Assembly (NCBI GenBank): GCA_973895155.1
Contig: OZ316891.1
Span: forward strand, 21,154,169-21,218,168
Source of the DNA: Marsupella aquatica
Lineage: Eukaryota > Plantae > Marchantiophyta
Direction of reading: 5' to 3'
Length of the DNA: 64,000 bases
Part shown: positions 62,335 to 64,000 of the stretch, in pieces
Numbering within the stretch: the stretch's first letter is position 1
Layout: every line of letters begins with the position of its first letter
Notes under the pieces: model-generated
Seen by the model: only the letters and a program-made list of their open reading frames with translations
Databases searched by the model: none
What the model was told of the DNA's origin: nothing
Made by a program: the position numbers and the translations under genes

Positions 62335-63329
62335 ACATCCTAGTAACCCTGCACCCAGACTTGCATTACCCTATACTTCAATTACTCTTAGAAGGGGTTC
62401 CCCTAGAGAGAGGCCCCCAAGTTTGACTCGCCAGATCATTTCCCGCTCAAATTCCCGGCCAGTCGGCTCCGTCCCATCCCCTTCCTCCCGTGATAACCGC
62501 CATCCCGTCGACGGGGTTCCCGTTCATTCCATTCTTCCCGTCCATCACGGTTTTCCCGTCCGTCCATCACGGTCTTCCCGTCAGCTTAGTCGATGTACCG
62601 CCCGTCGACCCCGGTACTTACAAACACACTACAACAGAACACGAGAGAAGAGAAGAGAGAAGAAACCCTTCGACTCGACTAAAACCCTGAGGGCGGCCAC
62701 AAGCAACGAAGAAAGTGAGGGAAAGACAGAAATCACACCATTGAAGCGGTTGAGTGCAGGGAAGGCGAGTTGGCAGAGGGCCCGAGCGAAGCGAACAGGG
62801 GAAGAAGGAGCTGAGCGAGGGTTGGTGGTGTTGCTTTTCCTTCTCATCGTGGAAATTGGGGCTCCTGGCTACTTGTTAGCTCTAGATTCTTCTTGGTGGT
62901 GTTCTTAGGCTTCTTTAGGCCTTTGTCCTTCAGCATTTGGACCCCGTTTTGTGGTGGTTATGGTGTCCTTTCTTCTTTTTGCAGTAAGTGCAATGAGTTT
63001 CTCAACGTCGTCTTGTGTCTAAAACAGCAGCAGCAGGGCACTCTTGCCGGTGAAGAAGAAGGCAAGGAAGTTGGCGAACAGCTTCTTTAGGGTAAGGAGA
63101 GTTGTCTCCGTCGTAGTTTGTTAGGGAGGAGCGAAGGCGGGAGGGAGGGATATATTGGTCTGTAGTCTGAGCCTTGCAGAATTCGGGAAGGGTTTCTTTG
63201 GAGGAGAGAACTGGAGACTGGCTGGGTGGATTCGTACGAGGTGTACATTGTGGATCTTGACTGATTAATCCAGCATCAGTCTGCTGCTCTGCGATTGAGG
63301 CAGGAAGTTGATATCGACTGCGTGCCAGA

Positions 63330-63754
63330 ATGTCTGCTCCTCAGACCGTGGACTTGTTCGGAGATCGACAGACCGGGCAAGATGTCCGGACTCAAAACGG
63401 TATGCCGGGCGCTTTCCATTTGGTTGCTGCTCACGCGAGATGTCTATAACGTTTCTGGAGTCCTGCATTACGGAACGTGGTTGTCATTTTATCGTATCTA
63501 TGTTGCGTCTCTGGAACCAACTGCATTGGCTTGGCGCTAATCGGAAGACTGGACGCTGTCTTGCTGTGGATTTTCGTCGTTTTCTTCTCTCCACTGCTGG
63601 GCGGGTGTGTTACTGCTTGATCCCGGGGTTCTCCGATGAAACTCATGGTGTGTGTGTGTGTGTGTGTATTTTGGGGGGGAAATTTGCAGTCATGGCCTGT
63701 CAAGCGCTGGCCAACATTGTGAAGAGCTCCCTCGGGCCTGTGGGCCTGGACAAG
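63330..63754 (+). CDS. CCT1: T-complex protein 1 subunit alpha (CCT-alpha), first two coding exons; gene continues past the window
   Basis: Exons 63330-63399 and 63690-63754 give MSAPQTVDLFGDRQTGQDVRTQNVMACQALANIVKSSLGPVGLDK, the characteristic TCP1-alpha N-terminus. Confidence 0.96.
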
Positions 63755-64000
63755 GTAGGCATTTCTCTCTGTGGATTTCTCCCTCTAACCACGAGTACCG
63801 AAAGCGAGTAAATCTGTGTCCTGCATCAATTCTTCGTTATGGGCCTCGACTGTTATAGTTTCATGTGATTGCTCTCACTCTTTGGGTAACTGGTTCTGGA
63901 TGGCATTATGGATAAGATCACAATATTTCCTCTTCATCATCGCGCATTGCTTGGTCAACGCAAGGGGAGCGTGACAGTCGTTCCATGATATTGTTTAAGC

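Noticed and set aside
62423-62908. 161-aa ORF upstream of CCT1 (and 6128-6574)
   Set aside because: Non-ATG start and low-complexity promoter/5'UTR sequence.

Overview
Nuclear DNA of a land plant. The gene content suggests a bryophyte or liverwort, but that assignment is inference. Seven genes can be read, the spliced ones by hand: an intronless F-box protein with an MGSCWS acylation-type N-terminus (8892-10313 +); an intronless plastid-targeted membrane protein (13618-14268 -); an 11-exon divergent fructosamine/ribulosamine-3-kinase (19949-23673 +); an intronless LST8 (28771-29718 +); a 4-exon EF-hand protein (35432-36830 +); a 5-exon MES/SABP2-family esterase that carries a signal peptide and six N-glycosylation sequons (54346-57149 +); and the first two coding exons of CCT-alpha/TCP1 (from 63330 +). 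Two large structures stand out. (1) A roughly 2.8 kb inverted duplication (14407-17886 / 25084-27920) brackets the kinase gene, and a third 550-bp copy places the same module upstream of three unrelated genes. (2) A 9.5 kb nested transposon pile (41.7-51.2 kb) holds a non-autonomous CACTA element (GCA TSD) carrying a frameshifted, intron-flanked exon of ribulose-phosphate 3-epimerase (Pack-CACTA-like), plus six copies of a MITE family with CTYGGGGG termini and 8-bp TSDs. I found no rRNA, tRNA or CRISPR array. All alignments and splice models were made by eye.
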